DNA of 64,000 nucleotides from Candidatus Bathyarchaeota archaeon. GTDB lineage: Archaea > Thermoproteota > Bathyarchaeia > Bathyarchaeales > Bathycorpusculaceae. This document shows, piece after piece, positions 7,716 through 18,540 of this stretch. The stretch lies in assembly GCA_963815095.1 (NCBI GenBank), contig CAWFFH010000003.1:1216001-1280000 (forward strand), written 5' to 3'. Positions within the stretch are counted from its first letter, which is position 1; the number at the start of each line of letters is the position of its first letter. The notes below the pieces were generated by a model. That model had not been told where the DNA came from and did not search any database. It saw only the letters and a list, made by a program, of their open reading frames with translations. Both the position numbers and the translations under genes were made by a program.

Positions 7716-7967
7716 TCAGGGAACCAGCCCTAGGCGCTTGAACCTTTTTGTTGAATCGGTGCGGAGAGCTTTTAGTAGTTTTTCAAAATCCACGGGTAGA
7801 AAGTCTGTGCATTCTTTCCATGCATCTGAAGTTGTTTTCTCGATCATTATTTTGTTGCCTTCCACTACCTTCATCTGCACTCTATCTCCTTCTGTTATTC
7901 CTACTGCTTCCCGTATTTCTTTGGGTATGGTGACTTGCGAATGCCTTGTAACGGTTGCTGATGCCAT
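7716..7967 (-). CDS. vapB: AbrB/MazE-family antitoxin (VapB)
   Basis: VTRHSQVTIPKEIREAVGITEGDRV AbrB motif; directly upstream of the PIN gene. Confidence 0.85.
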   Translation of the reverse strand: MASATVTRHSQVTIPKEIREAVGITEGDRVQMKVVEGNKIMIEKTTSDAWKECTDFLPVDFEKLLKALRTDSTKRFKRLGLVP

Positions 7968-8199
7968 ATTTCTCACACTTGATATTACTACCAACTATTG
8001 CTAATAAGTATTTACTACGTTTATGTAGGAAATGAACTTGAGTACACTAACCGCATAAGATAACTAGTGTAGCATTGAGTGAGAACCATGATTAGGCAAA
8101 TTTTATATAACTGCCCAGTTTAAGAACAAAGATAAGTAAACCTGAAAATCAGGTTGAAAACTTTTTCCAAAAAATGTGTCACATTGAGGTTAAATCATA

Positions 8200-8634
8200 A
8201 TGATCTCAAACATTTCTAATCAAGCAGGGACGAAACTTTCCAGAAACGTCATCATACTTATCACAGTGATGATTGTGAACGTTGTTGTAATCATCCTTTT
8301 AACTCCAATCGGCTTTGAGACCCGCCCACAATCCGACCTAAAGCCCTTAGGCTACCTCGCGATTGCCACCATTTTTTTCGGTCTCGCACTGGACATAGCA
8401 TCAATCGGGCTTCTCTTCAAGAAAGTTAGAGTTAGATTAGCTTCAGGTCTGGCAATCGTTAGCTCGGTAATTTTCTTTTTGATCATTTCCATAGATCGAA
8501 CCGGATCCTTTTTCTCGGTGCCGATCCCTCCCGCAATTAATACCCTCGAATACCTCTTAATTGCCTTACTAATCGTAACTCTCTTCATAGCGTCAGTTGT
8601 CTACAGCGGAAGTAAGCCTGCTTCAAACAAATGA
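8200..8634 (+). CDS. Hypothetical membrane protein (about 4 TM)
   Basis: Four hydrophobic segments; GAGGT SD. Confidence 0.7.
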   Translation: MISNISNQAGTKLSRNVIILITVMIVNVVVIILLTPIGFETRPQSDLKPLGYLAIATIFFGLALDIASIGLLFKKVRVRLASGLAIVSSVIFFLIISIDRTGSFFSVPIPPAINTLEYLLIALLIVTLFIASVVYSGSKPASNK

Positions 8635-8763
8635 ATTTTGTCGAATACCAAGAACGGAAAACTATTGAACTTGAGCGCCTTAAGTTGATTAAACTATATT
8701 ACTTCTAACTTAGGCTAGCAAGCAAGTTAATTTTACCTCAGCATAAGATCAAGGAGAAGAAAG

Positions 8764-9204
8764 ATGAGAAGAGATAAATTAGAAATAGATTCCAAAAGTG
8801 ATATTGACGAGTTTATCCATCTTGCTCAACGATGGAGCAATCTCCATAAAAGATTACTAAACACTTTGGCGAGGCTACCTGAAGAAGTCTACCAATTCAC
8901 ATTACAGAAAATTTCCTTCCATGCAGGCCAAAGCCAAACCATTCAAGTAAAAGAGTTAAACAAACCCTATATGATAATTCTAAAAAGAACAGATTCAGAA
9001 TCCTTAATTGCACATGAAATAGCCCATGCCTATCTTAACTATACCCAAACAAAATACAAATCAGATGATCAAGAAGCTGAAGCTGACGAACTTAGAAAGA
9101 AATGGGGTTTTAAGAAAAGACAGCTCTGCCAAACTTTCCCTAAAGGCTGTCTTAATTGCTTTAACCCTCACTGTTCCGAAAGCAAATCAAGAAAAATCTG
9201 TTAA
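8764..9204 (+). CDS. HEXXH zinc metallopeptidase-like protein (ImmA/IrrE-like) with Cys-rich tail
   Basis: IAHEIAH...EAEAD; C-terminal C-x6-CxxC-x4-C. Confidence 0.55.
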   Translation: MRRDKLEIDSKSDIDEFIHLAQRWSNLHKRLLNTLARLPEEVYQFTLQKISFHAGQSQTIQVKELNKPYMIILKRTDSESLIAHEIAHAYLNYTQTKYKSDDQEAEADELRKKWGFKKRQLCQTFPKGCLNCFNPHCSESKSRKIC

Positions 9205-9242
9205 CAATTTTTCAAAATGCCTTTCGAGGATTCAAGATTCTA

Positions 9243-10331
9243 TTAGATTTTGTCAATTAGCGCCATTATTGGATAGAGGTCGTTTAAACTCTTTGATATT
9301 TCACCAATCAGTCCCTTGACTATATAGGTAAAGTCTTCGGGTCTTCTATGAATTATCTTACCAATCAAATACCTGTTAGCCGTTAAGGGAGTTCCTTCAA
9401 GCTGCTTGGTTTCTTCAATAGCTTTCTCTAAATCAATCTTAGTAGAGCCATACAGAGTAAGAGCCCATTGAAGAGACTGAATATTTCTAATGTGATAAAA
9501 CCAAAAAGTGTCAAACAGGCAATAACCCATATCTTTACGATTAAGAGCCTCAAGTTCATTCATTAACTTTCCATTCAAAAGCAATTCATAGTATTTTTCT
9601 CTATACTTATGAGCCTGAGTCCCGAAATTCAAGCCTATCCTAACATCCATCGGCGTAAAGGATACTCCAACGCTTGCTCTCTCAATGTATCCTCTATCAT
9701 CAGATGTTTCACTCGTAACAAAAGGAACCCATATTCCACCCGTATTAGGAGCGAAACCAGATATTTGCGCTCTCTTCAAAGGCACTAATAATCTCTTTTC
9801 TATTTCCTTCTGGATAAAGGGACATTTCTCATAGAGTTGGGCGAGATTATCAAAATCCGCTTCAACAACCTCAAACTTTTGATCTTCCGAGTGCTCTGTT
9901 CTGAGAGTTACAATTTCTTTGAATGTTCTTTTTTTGAGTTCTTCATTTCTATTTATGCCGGCTTCAGTGCAGAGGAACAGCAGGATTTCTTGAGCTTTAA
10001 GATTGGTTTTATCTTGGGTTATTTGAGTTCGGGTTTGCATTAGGGAGTCATGAAAAGCTATGTATTCGATTAGTTCATTGGCTAAAGTAGGGTTAATCAT
10101 ACTTTTCTGCTGTAAGAACCGAACCACTTCATAAATTCGCATATCCCGCACATTTTCTTTCTGAAATTTTGGAAATTTTAACCCTGTCTGGACTAAAACT
10201 CGCTCGAAGGATAGTGCACAAAGGTATTCGAATAGATTTTCTGGCCCAATCAGGTATTCCTTGAAATTTTGAATTGCCAAGGAATAACGAATCATATCCA
10301 AGGTGTCTTTGTCAAATACAAAAACTGACAT
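9243..10331 (-). CDS. Hypothetical protein
   Basis: 362-aa ORF, no confidently recognised motif. Confidence 0.7.
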   Translation of the reverse strand: MSVFVFDKDTLDMIRYSLAIQNFKEYLIGPENLFEYLCALSFERVLVQTGLKFPKFQKENVRDMRIYEVVRFLQQKSMINPTLANELIEYIAFHDSLMQTRTQITQDKTNLKAQEILLFLCTEAGINRNEELKKRTFKEIVTLRTEHSEDQKFEVVEADFDNLAQLYEKCPFIQKEIEKRLLVPLKRAQISGFAPNTGGIWVPFVTSETSDDRGYIERASVGVSFTPMDVRIGLNFGTQAHKYREKYYELLLNGKLMNELEALNRKDMGYCLFDTFWFYHIRNIQSLQWALTLYGSTKIDLEKAIEETKQLEGTPLTANRYLIGKIIHRRPEDFTYIVKGLIGEISKSLNDLYPIMALIDKI

Positions 10332-10605
10332 TAGTTTTTTCGCTTCCAGTCGTTTGCCTAACTCAGGTTTAAGCGTATATGAGCCTTTTTGAGAATTGGG
10401 TTTTGCCGGTTTAGCGAATTAGGCTTGGAAAACAAACAAGACTAATTCGCAGGTTTGTCAAATTGCATGTACCCCCAATCAAAAAAAGCAAAGCGAGTGT
10501 GGGTTAAAAAGAAAATGACTGCTCTGGAAAATTAACTTAGTTAACTTGAATAAATAGACAAGTTTTATTAGTACTGTACGTCCAGTTGGCTTTTGGAGAG
10601 GGCAA

Positions 10606-10821
10606 ATGAAAAGACATGAAGCAGTTGCTTTACTCAAAGAATTAAGTGCAGAGCATTTAATGCAGCCGTCTTGGGTACTTATTGAGCAGAGAAAACCCGA
10701 TCGTTATCAACTATGCATTAAAGGCTCTTATGACCGTAGCAATATAGGGGTTTTTGTTCAAAGATACAATTTGGAAATTGAAGACTCCACAAAAGGTTAT
10801 CTCTGCATTTTTAAGCCATAG
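10606..10821 (+). CDS. Small hypothetical protein
   Basis: 71-aa ORF with GGAGAGG SD. Confidence 0.65.
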   Translation: MKRHEAVALLKELSAEHLMQPSWVLIEQRKPDRYQLCIKGSYDRSNIGVFVQRYNLEIEDSTKGYLCIFKP

Positions 10822-10916
10822 AAAACGGTTATCTTAGTATGGAAAAACTGGTAGTAAACAATTATAAATCCAGTTTTAAGTAGTATCTAATAACTTCAGT
10901 CAGTTTTTCAGAGGAG

Positions 10917-12911
10917 ATGGGTAAAACGCCACGGGAAATCGTTGTGAGTAATGGTCGAGTACTAGTCGCACTTGATAACAAGATGATGATTAGAGACTTC
11001 TTTTATCCAAATGTTGGTTTAGAGAATCATGTAGATGGGCACTCGTTCAAGTTAGGTGTCTGGACTGAGAACAGGTTCTCTTGGATTGACGAGAATTGGG
11101 ACATAAAAATGAAATACCTACCGGAAACTTTGGTAAGTATGTGCATAGCCAACAATAAAGGTGCATCTCTTCAACTCGAAGTTAACGATGCAGTTCACAG
11201 TTCTATGGATGTGTATCTGCGCAAAATTGTCATCCATAATAACGTAAATAGGAAAAGAGAAATCCGAGTGTTCTTTTCCCACGACTTCCACATTTATGGC
11301 GAAGACACGGGCGACACCGCAATCTACGAACCCAACATAAAATCGATTATCCATTACAAACGAAAACGCTACTTCCTAGTCAACGGAATAACCGATCAAG
11401 ATCAAGGAATTTATCAATTTGCTACCGGTCAGAAAGAGTCATTTGGCAAAGAGGGCACATGGAAAGACGCAGAAGACGGAAACCTCCAAGGAAATCCAGT
11501 AGCTCAAGGCTCAGTTGACTCAACAGTTTCCTTCAAACTGGAAATTGAACCCAACTCATCAAACACAATTTATTATTGGATAGCATGCGGCAAAGATCTC
11601 AACCAAATCAAAAATCTCGACTCAAAGATTAAGAAAACAGGGGTCGAGCAGTTGTTACTTGAAACAGAAAACTATTGGAGTGCTTGGATCAATAAACAAT
11701 ACATCGACACAAAAATTCTACCTCGAGAAGTCGCCCGACTATTCAAAACATCGTTGCTAATCATGAGATCTCATGTTGACAATAATGGCGGAATAATTTC
11801 TTCTTGCGATTCTGATGTGCTACAATTCAACCGTGACACTTACTCATATGTGTGGCCACGAGACGGCGCAATCATTGCCTTAGCATTTGACATGGCTGGC
11901 TATCCAGAAGTTTCACGAATGTTTTTCCAGTTTTGTGACAAAATCATTAATGAAGATGGCTACTTTAGCCACAAATACTCACCTGATGGATCAATTGGAA
12001 GTAGTTGGCATTCGATGGTCGACCTTGATGGTAAACTTCAACTGCCCATTCAAGAAGATGAAACAGCACTTGTTTTATTTGCCTTGTACAAACACTTTCA
12101 AAAATACCACGATGTGGAATTCATAGCGACCGTATATCCACGATTGGTATTGAAAACCACTGAGTTCTTACTCGATTTTATAGATCCTCAAACAGGTCTT
12201 CCAAAGCCATCATTTGACATTTGGGAAGAAAAAATTGGTGTATATACATCAACAGTGTCTACCGTAATCTCAGCCCTTCAGTCTGCAGCAAAATTGGCCA
12301 AAGTATTCTACGATCGCGAAAAGCAAGAACTACTAAGTGCAGCAGCCTTGAAAATGAAAGAAAATATGCTATCTAAGCTCTATGACCCAAAGGCAAAGAG
12401 GTTCAAGAAAGCAATATACTCTGATAATTCTGACGATTTAACCGTAGACAGTAGCTTATCGTTTGCTTTTACCCAAGGTGCCTTCGAAGCTAACAGTGAA
12501 GAAGTAAAGAACAGTATGAACGCGATTATTGATAAGCTTTGGATAAAATCAGATATTGGCGGATTAGCACGTTACGAAAACGACAATTATCACAGAATTT
12601 CTCAATACACTCCGGGAAACCCTTGGATTATTTGTACACTCTGGCTCGCACGTTGGCATATCGCAACCGCCACTTCAGTCGAGGAACTCAACAAGGGTTT
12701 AACACTGCTAAAATGGACAGCTAAGCATGCCTTAGCATCTGGAGAATTAGCAGAGCAAATAAACCCTTACACAGGGGAGGCGATTTCTGTGGCGCCATTA
12801 GTTTGGAGCCATGCAGAATTTGTAATTGCAGTTTGCGAATATAATGAGAAACAAAAAGAGCTCTCTATGATTTCAAATATTGGCTCGGCCACTTCGGAGA
12901 AATCGAGATGA
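10917..12911 (+). CDS. Glycoside hydrolase family 15 (glucoamylase/trehalase-like)
   Basis: YSYVWPRDG, QEDET, DIWEE, LAEQ, PLVWSHA motifs. Confidence 0.92.
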   Translation: MGKTPREIVVSNGRVLVALDNKMMIRDFFYPNVGLENHVDGHSFKLGVWTENRFSWIDENWDIKMKYLPETLVSMCIANNKGASLQLEVNDAVHSSMDVYLRKIVIHNNVNRKREIRVFFSHDFHIYGEDTGDTAIYEPNIKSIIHYKRKRYFLVNGITDQDQGIYQFATGQKESFGKEGTWKDAEDGNLQGNPVAQGSVDSTVSFKLEIEPNSSNTIYYWIACGKDLNQIKNLDSKIKKTGVEQLLLETENYWSAWINKQYIDTKILPREVARLFKTSLLIMRSHVDNNGGIISSCDSDVLQFNRDTYSYVWPRDGAIIALAFDMAGYPEVSRMFFQFCDKIINEDGYFSHKYSPDGSIGSSWHSMVDLDGKLQLPIQEDETALVLFALYKHFQKYHDVEFIATVYPRLVLKTTEFLLDFIDPQTGLPKPSFDIWEEKIGVYTSTVSTVISALQSAAKLAKVFYDREKQELLSAAALKMKENMLSKLYDPKAKRFKKAIYSDNSDDLTVDSSLSFAFTQGAFEANSEEVKNSMNAIIDKLWIKSDIGGLARYENDNYHRISQYTPGNPWIICTLWLARWHIATATSVEELNKGLTLLKWTAKHALASGELAEQINPYTGEAISVAPLVWSHAEFVIAVCEYNEKQKELSMISNIGSATSEKSR

Positions 12912-13213
12912 CTTTCTATTTTCTTTGCCAAACAAATGAAATATCAGAGGGAGAGTTAAAGGAATTTATATTAAAAGCCAATGAGATTCTTGCCGTTAAA
13001 TATGGTGGCCAGATTTATTGTTTGCAGGCGCGTTGCACTCATGCCGGAGCACCTCTTGTGGAAGGAGAGTTAAACGAAGATGTTTTGCAGTGCCCATGGC
13101 ATGGATCCCGTTTCAATATCAAAAATGGTTTGGTGATTAGAGGGCCAGCTGGAAAACAGTTACGCACGTATAATTGCAGAACCGAAGAAGACCGGCTTCT
13201 AGTCGAAGTATAG
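12908..13213 (+). CDS. Rieske [2Fe-2S] ferredoxin
   Basis: CTHAG...CPWHGSRF. Confidence 0.9.
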   Translation: MTFYFLCQTNEISEGELKEFILKANEILAVKYGGQIYCLQARCTHAGAPLVEGELNEDVLQCPWHGSRFNIKNGLVIRGPAGKQLRTYNCRTEEDRLLVEV

Positions 13214-13309
13214 TCGTTTTGACCATATTCAAATCTTGTTCGCTAGGATAGAGAATAATTAAATAGACTGATCTTTGAAACTTTAAGAACATTAAAGGAA
13301 CGTTTTGGT

Positions 13310-14173
13310 ATGCTGGAAATATCAGATGAAAGTGAGAATTCTCCTTTTTCGGAAGTACCTCAACACGCTCTTACCATTTCTGATTCTATAGCTCTCAAAG
13401 TTTATTCGAATACTAATCCACGAAACATGAAAATAGCGGGCTTGCAAAAGGGCTTGGTTCTTCTATGTAATGGATCTGACGTTATCGGGGAAGGCATAGG
13501 GTTTGGAGTGCCGATTGCTAAGTACTCTGGTGGAACAGTCTTTTCGGGTTCATCTTCGCTTTATGTCCGTAGGATGGGAGCCACTACAGAAATTCGAAAA
13601 GAGTTTTATATGGATTTGACCTCCAGAGATCGATTTCGAAGTTTCAAACTTAAAATTCCAGGAATTCAAGCGTTATCTGACTTTTTTTGCTTTCAGTATC
13701 AGAGACATAAGCGTCTTGTTCGACCAGTTCTAATTGTGAGGGGCTTGTTTTTTAAATTTGGAATGAAGTCAAGCTTTATGAAAAGCCCTCACAAGGGCAT
13801 TGTCGTCGTCACTTACATTATGGACCAAAACCGAATTCAAGTGAAACTAAACTTTAGTCAACTTGAGCAAAACAATCTTGCTAAAGTCTTTATTTTGAAC
13901 GAACAAGGCGCACATTTCTTTAGGACTTACGCTGATTCAGAAGGTATGAGGCTGGTTGATGAGAAAATCGGTGCATGGGACAATGTAACGGCAGAATCGG
14001 CGAAAATAGCGAATGAACAAAACAAAATCGGTTTTGGTCTAAAAAACATAGAAGGAAGCAAATTGAAACGAGGAAGGGAATTAATGGAAGGTTCTTTAAA
14101 CTGGATCGGTCTAGACTACGAACTTGACCCTAAATGCTGTAATTTTGAATATGAAATTGAACTTTTTGGTTGA
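13310..14173 (+). CDS. Conserved hypothetical protein, paralog of 15656-16561
   Basis: Shares LQKGLVL, GxGFGVPIA.Y, ILNEQGA.FF, IGAW, RG.E, W.G..Y with the paralog. Confidence 0.8.
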   Translation: MLEISDESENSPFSEVPQHALTISDSIALKVYSNTNPRNMKIAGLQKGLVLLCNGSDVIGEGIGFGVPIAKYSGGTVFSGSSSLYVRRMGATTEIRKEFYMDLTSRDRFRSFKLKIPGIQALSDFFCFQYQRHKRLVRPVLIVRGLFFKFGMKSSFMKSPHKGIVVVTYIMDQNRIQVKLNFSQLEQNNLAKVFILNEQGAHFFRTYADSEGMRLVDEKIGAWDNVTAESAKIANEQNKIGFGLKNIEGSKLKRGRELMEGSLNWIGLDYELDPKCCNFEYEIELFG

Positions 14174-15546
14174 AATATAAATTGACTACTGTTACCTTAG
14201 TTTATCCATACTTTCATCCTCATTCTGACTCATCGATCTTTAGGTTTCCTCCTTTAGGATTAGGTTACATGGCCGCTTATCTAAAACAAAGTGGCGTTTC
14301 AGTCGAGATAGTAGACTGCACTTTTATCAAACAGGAAGATGCTCTAAGGAGAATTATCGATTCAAAGCCAAAGATAATTGGAATCCAATCGATGTATTCG
14401 ATGAAAGAAAAATCACTTGAGTTAGCCCAATTACTAAAATCTCATTGTGAGCTACTTGTTGCAGGAGGAGCGCTTCCAACCACTGAACCGGAGGCATTTC
14501 TTGAAAATTTCGATCTCGCAGTCGTAGGTGAAGGAGAGCAAACAATGCTAGATATCGTTAACCAGTTCAAGGTTGGCGGCGATTTTTCTCAAGTTAAAGG
14601 AATTGTTTATCGCGAGAAAGACACCGGTCAAATCAAAAAGACGACCCCCAGGAGCTTGAATAAAGATCTAAATGCTTTTCCCAATCCTTCAAGAGAATTA
14701 TTTGACAACAATGCTTACAAAGAATACTACTCCAAAAAGTTTGGTTATACTACCACTGCGATCATGAGCTCAAGGGGCTGCCCCTTTTCTTGCGATTTCT
14801 GTAGCAAACCTGTTTTTGGAAATGATTTTAGGGCGAGAGCAGCTTCCAATGTTGTTGATGAAATGGAAGAAGTTATTTCGTTGGGATATAGCAGGATATG
14901 GTTTGCGGATGATTGTTTTACCTTAGATCGCGAGCGTCTTATGGGCATTTGTGATGAGATTATTGGACGTGGATTGAAAATTGGTTGGGAGTGTCTTTCA
15001 AGAGTTGATACGCTGGATTCGGAAACGGTAGACAAAATGAAGCAGGCTGGATGCATCAGGATGTTTTTCGGAATTGAATCTGGAAACGACTCCATCCTTG
15101 TCCTGATGAAAAAGCAGATAACAACCGCTAAAGTGCGTAAAGCACTCTCTTTATGCAAAAATAGCGGAATCAAAGCTGGAGCTTTCTTTATTGTAGGTTA
15201 TCCCGGAGAGAACGACAAAACTGTCCTAGAAACAATCAAATTTGCTTCTTCGCTCCCTCTTGATTATCTTTCATTTACTTTGCCTTATCCTATTCCTGGG
15301 ACTCCTCTTTATGAGAGATTAAGTGGAGAACTGATTTCAGAAGAGTGGGAGGAGCCAAAAAACATTAATTTTGTGAAACACAAATTGCTTTTTGCCTCTG
15401 GCTTATCAGAACGCAAACTAAAGTTCGCAATAATTAAAGGCATGATTCAATTTTACATCCGAAAATACACTGGAAAAAACGGCTATAAATTGCTGGGCGT
15501 ACCTTTTGAAACCTTAACTGATGCCACTTACAATTTGATGCACTAA
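14170..15546 (+). CDS. B12-binding radical SAM protein
   Basis: PPLGLGY, VAGG, GEGE, SRGCPFSCDFC, FGIESG, PIPGT. Confidence 0.92.
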   Translation: MKYKLTTVTLVYPYFHPHSDSSIFRFPPLGLGYMAAYLKQSGVSVEIVDCTFIKQEDALRRIIDSKPKIIGIQSMYSMKEKSLELAQLLKSHCELLVAGGALPTTEPEAFLENFDLAVVGEGEQTMLDIVNQFKVGGDFSQVKGIVYREKDTGQIKKTTPRSLNKDLNAFPNPSRELFDNNAYKEYYSKKFGYTTTAIMSSRGCPFSCDFCSKPVFGNDFRARAASNVVDEMEEVISLGYSRIWFADDCFTLDRERLMGICDEIIGRGLKIGWECLSRVDTLDSETVDKMKQAGCIRMFFGIESGNDSILVLMKKQITTAKVRKALSLCKNSGIKAGAFFIVGYPGENDKTVLETIKFASSLPLDYLSFTLPYPIPGTPLYERLSGELISEEWEEPKNINFVKHKLLFASGLSERKLKFAIIKGMIQFYIRKYTGKNGYKLLGVPFETLTDATYNLMH

Positions 15547-15655
15547 CAGCAAGAAGGTTATTTTTCACGATTTTGGATTGTTATCCGCAAGCATGTGACA
15601 TGTTTTGGAGAGAAGTTTTTGCTAAGAATCAAAATGACGTCAATCGCTTGCAGGA

Positions 15656-16561
15656 TTAACTTGTAGAGACTGAGTGAGTATTTGCTTGTAATCGGATTGT
15701 GTAATTGAAAAACAAAGTTTTAGGGCTTAAAGCATAAGTCATTCCAGCCCACGAGAACCTACCTTCAACCTGCTCCCAACCGCGATAAAGATTGGCGTCA
15801 TCTCTTTTTTCTAAAGAAAACGAAGTATGCTCTCTGAGATCGGAAAAATCAGCATGGTCTGCGTTAACTCTTGTCCATGCGCCAATCTTCTTGTCATATA
15901 AGACTTCGTTTCCGCCTCTATATTTCTTGAAAAATGTTGCACCTTGTTCGTTCAAAATGAGGATTTCTTGGCAACTTGTCATATCAACATAGGAAAAGTC
16001 TACATGGACCTTAATGTAATCGGGAAAGCAATGATAACGCACAGTGACTTTGCCCTTCGGAGTCACACTTGCGAAATAAGTTTCTACTCCCAGAGTCCTT
16101 CTAAATCTCATTACCCAATCGAAAAGTAATCTCATGTTTCCACGAAGGTACGCTTTTTCGAAAGTTTTGTGAAAAACCGAATAAAGACCATCATTTATAG
16201 AAGCGCCATGAACTCGCTTTTTCGAAATCGAATCTAACAAAAAAACCTTAGTAATCACTGCAGAGTTTTCACCTTGCTCCTCAACGTAAACGGTTGCGGC
16301 CTTTGAAAAGAATGTCGTGTTAGAGTATCTTGCGATGGGAACGCCGAATCCTGCGCCTTCCTCAATTAACTCTGAGCTATCAAAAACTAAGACTAAACCC
16401 TTCTGCAACGCCGCGATCTCCAAGTTCTGAGGTCTATTATCAGGATATATCCTTAATGACAGACCTTTGTTTGCTTTGAAAGTAAAGGGCTTTTCACGTT
16501 GAACTGGCTTTTTTCCAAATAGTGAAACCTTTTTTTCGATAACTTGCGTCTGGAGTGTCAG
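15656..16561 (-). CDS. Conserved hypothetical protein, paralog of 13310-14173; probable CTG start
   Basis: Paralog similarity extends upstream of TTG 16423; CTG at 16561 has GAGGTGA SD and an in-frame stop two codons upstream. Confidence 0.75.
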   Translation of the reverse strand: MTLQTQVIEKKVSLFGKKPVQREKPFTFKANKGLSLRIYPDNRPQNLEIAALQKGLVLVFDSSELIEEGAGFGVPIARYSNTTFFSKAATVYVEEQGENSAVITKVFLLDSISKKRVHGASINDGLYSVFHKTFEKAYLRGNMRLLFDWVMRFRRTLGVETYFASVTPKGKVTVRYHCFPDYIKVHVDFSYVDMTSCQEILILNEQGATFFKKYRGGNEVLYDKKIGAWTRVNADHADFSDLREHTSFSLEKRDDANLYRGWEQVEGRFSWAGMTYALSPKTLFFNYTIRLQANTHSVSTS

Positions 16562-16958
16562 AGTTTAACTCACCTCTTACAAATTGCTGACGTTCGATGA
16601 TGATCTAAGAAACCTATGTTTCTATGCTTGCGAAGTTTTAAATTCTTTTCTACTTTTTTGTCTTGTGGCTAGTAGACTTTATTTTTTAACAAAATGCCCA
16701 TCCGACTAACATATTAAAGCAAACAGCTACGGCCTCTTACTTCTTTCAGAGCACGAGAACAATAAGGTTATTTAGCATTCTGCTTGTCCTCTCGTCTGAC
16801 GGAAGAAATTATAGAGCGGTGAGTAAAGTATGTTTATGATCCGAATGCAAATTTAACCTATTTTGTTTTTTGTGCCAGTTCTGCAGCAGTCACACAAGCC
16901 TTAAGAATTACGGCTGGGATTCATTTTTAGAGAATCTTGAATTAACGAGAGATGTTTT

Positions 16959-18416
16959 TTGAGAAACAACAGATCAAAAGAAGTTTTATTAGTTTTTCCG
17001 GGAAAGTATAATTCTCCTAATCCCCAGGTTCCACTTTCTTTATTGCATCTGGCTAGTTTTCTGATTAAGGGCGGGTATTCAGTTAAAATTCTGGACATGC
17101 GATTAGAAAATTTTGCCGATTTTGAAATTAGAAAACCGCTTTTTGTCGGCATAAGCACGATTCATGGATCTCAAATACCTTACGGCCTCGAGCTTGCAAG
17201 GAGGGTTAGAGCTTTGGATTCCTCGATTCCTCTTGTGTGGGGTGGGGTGCATCCAACTCTTTTGCCCGAACAGACTGCAGCAAATGAGGTTGTTGACATA
17301 GTAGTGAGGGGCGAAGGAGAAAAAACGTTGTTGGAGCTGGCAGACAAATTTTCTGCTGGAGAATCACTAACCAAAATCAAAGGGATCACTTTCAAATCAG
17401 CTGGAACAATAAAAAGTACACCCGACCGAGAACTAATAGACTTGGATGAGCTTCCTATTGAACTTCCTTTTGAGTTGCTGCCTCTGGACAAATACCCAAC
17501 GATAAAGTCGGGAAGATTCCATATTCAGACTAGCCGTGGATGCCCTCATAAATGTGGATTTTGTTATAACATTGTTTATAACAGGCAGGCTTGGAGGGGA
17601 AAAAGTGCCCGCAGAGTCGTAGATGAAATAGAATATATTCTTGGAAGATTTCCTAAAGTCAAAATTATTGATCCAATTGACGACAACTTTTTTGTTGACC
17701 AAAAAAGAGTAATAGACATTTGTCAGGAAATAATAAATCGAAAAATCAAAGTCAGTTGGCGCGCCAACTGTAGATTTGACTATATGTCAAAATATAGCAA
17801 GGATTTCCTCGAACTTCTAGAGAAATCAGGATGTAATGAAGTTGATTTTGGGGGGGAAACTGGATCAGAACGGTTACTGTCACTCATAGACAAAGATATC
17901 ACAACATCGCAAATGATTAGCTCTGTGGAAAATCTAAGGAACTGGGCTCCTTCTATTGAACCGTTTATCACTTGGATGTGTGGTCTTCCAACAGAAACCG
18001 AAGAAGACCTCATAAAAACATGTGATTTAATGGACAGAATGTCTGAAGTCAATCCGAAAACCCAACACTACGGGATCTTTTTGTACACGCCTTTTCCCAG
18101 TCCAATTTTGGATTCATTAGGATCAAAATATAAACATCCTCAATCTTTTGACGAGTGGGGAAAAGCCGAGGTTTTTCATTTCAGGCCACCCTGGCACTCT
18201 AAACGATATGTGGATAAGCTCCAGAATATTTCAACCGTCTCGATTTACGCATTTTATCCTCGAACACGAGTTAGTGAGCGCCGGCTTTTCTACAGAATTG
18301 GGTATGGCTCATTAAACAAAATCGCTAAATACAGGTGGAGGCACAGATATTTTCATTACCCTATCGAGTTAAAGTTGGCTACGGCGGCCTTAAGAAAAAG
18401 ACGCGAATATCTATAG
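16959..18416 (+). CDS. B12-binding radical SAM protein
   Basis: VWGGVHPT, GEGE, TSRGCPHKCGFC, DDNFF. Confidence 0.92.
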   Translation: MRNNRSKEVLLVFPGKYNSPNPQVPLSLLHLASFLIKGGYSVKILDMRLENFADFEIRKPLFVGISTIHGSQIPYGLELARRVRALDSSIPLVWGGVHPTLLPEQTAANEVVDIVVRGEGEKTLLELADKFSAGESLTKIKGITFKSAGTIKSTPDRELIDLDELPIELPFELLPLDKYPTIKSGRFHIQTSRGCPHKCGFCYNIVYNRQAWRGKSARRVVDEIEYILGRFPKVKIIDPIDDNFFVDQKRVIDICQEIINRKIKVSWRANCRFDYMSKYSKDFLELLEKSGCNEVDFGGETGSERLLSLIDKDITTSQMISSVENLRNWAPSIEPFITWMCGLPTETEEDLIKTCDLMDRMSEVNPKTQHYGIFLYTPFPSPILDSLGSKYKHPQSFDEWGKAEVFHFRPPWHSKRYVDKLQNISTVSIYAFYPRTRVSERRLFYRIGYGSLNKIAKYRWRHRYFHYPIELKLATAALRKRREYL

Positions 18417-18540
18417 GAAGAAATTAAGAATGTGCACTTTTTTCTTTAGTTAACGGTCCGAGGTTTGGGGTTTCAAATTTTTTAAAAGAAAAGAAAACAA
18501 TAAGAGAACAAAATCGGATAGTAAATAGTGAGGCATTTTT

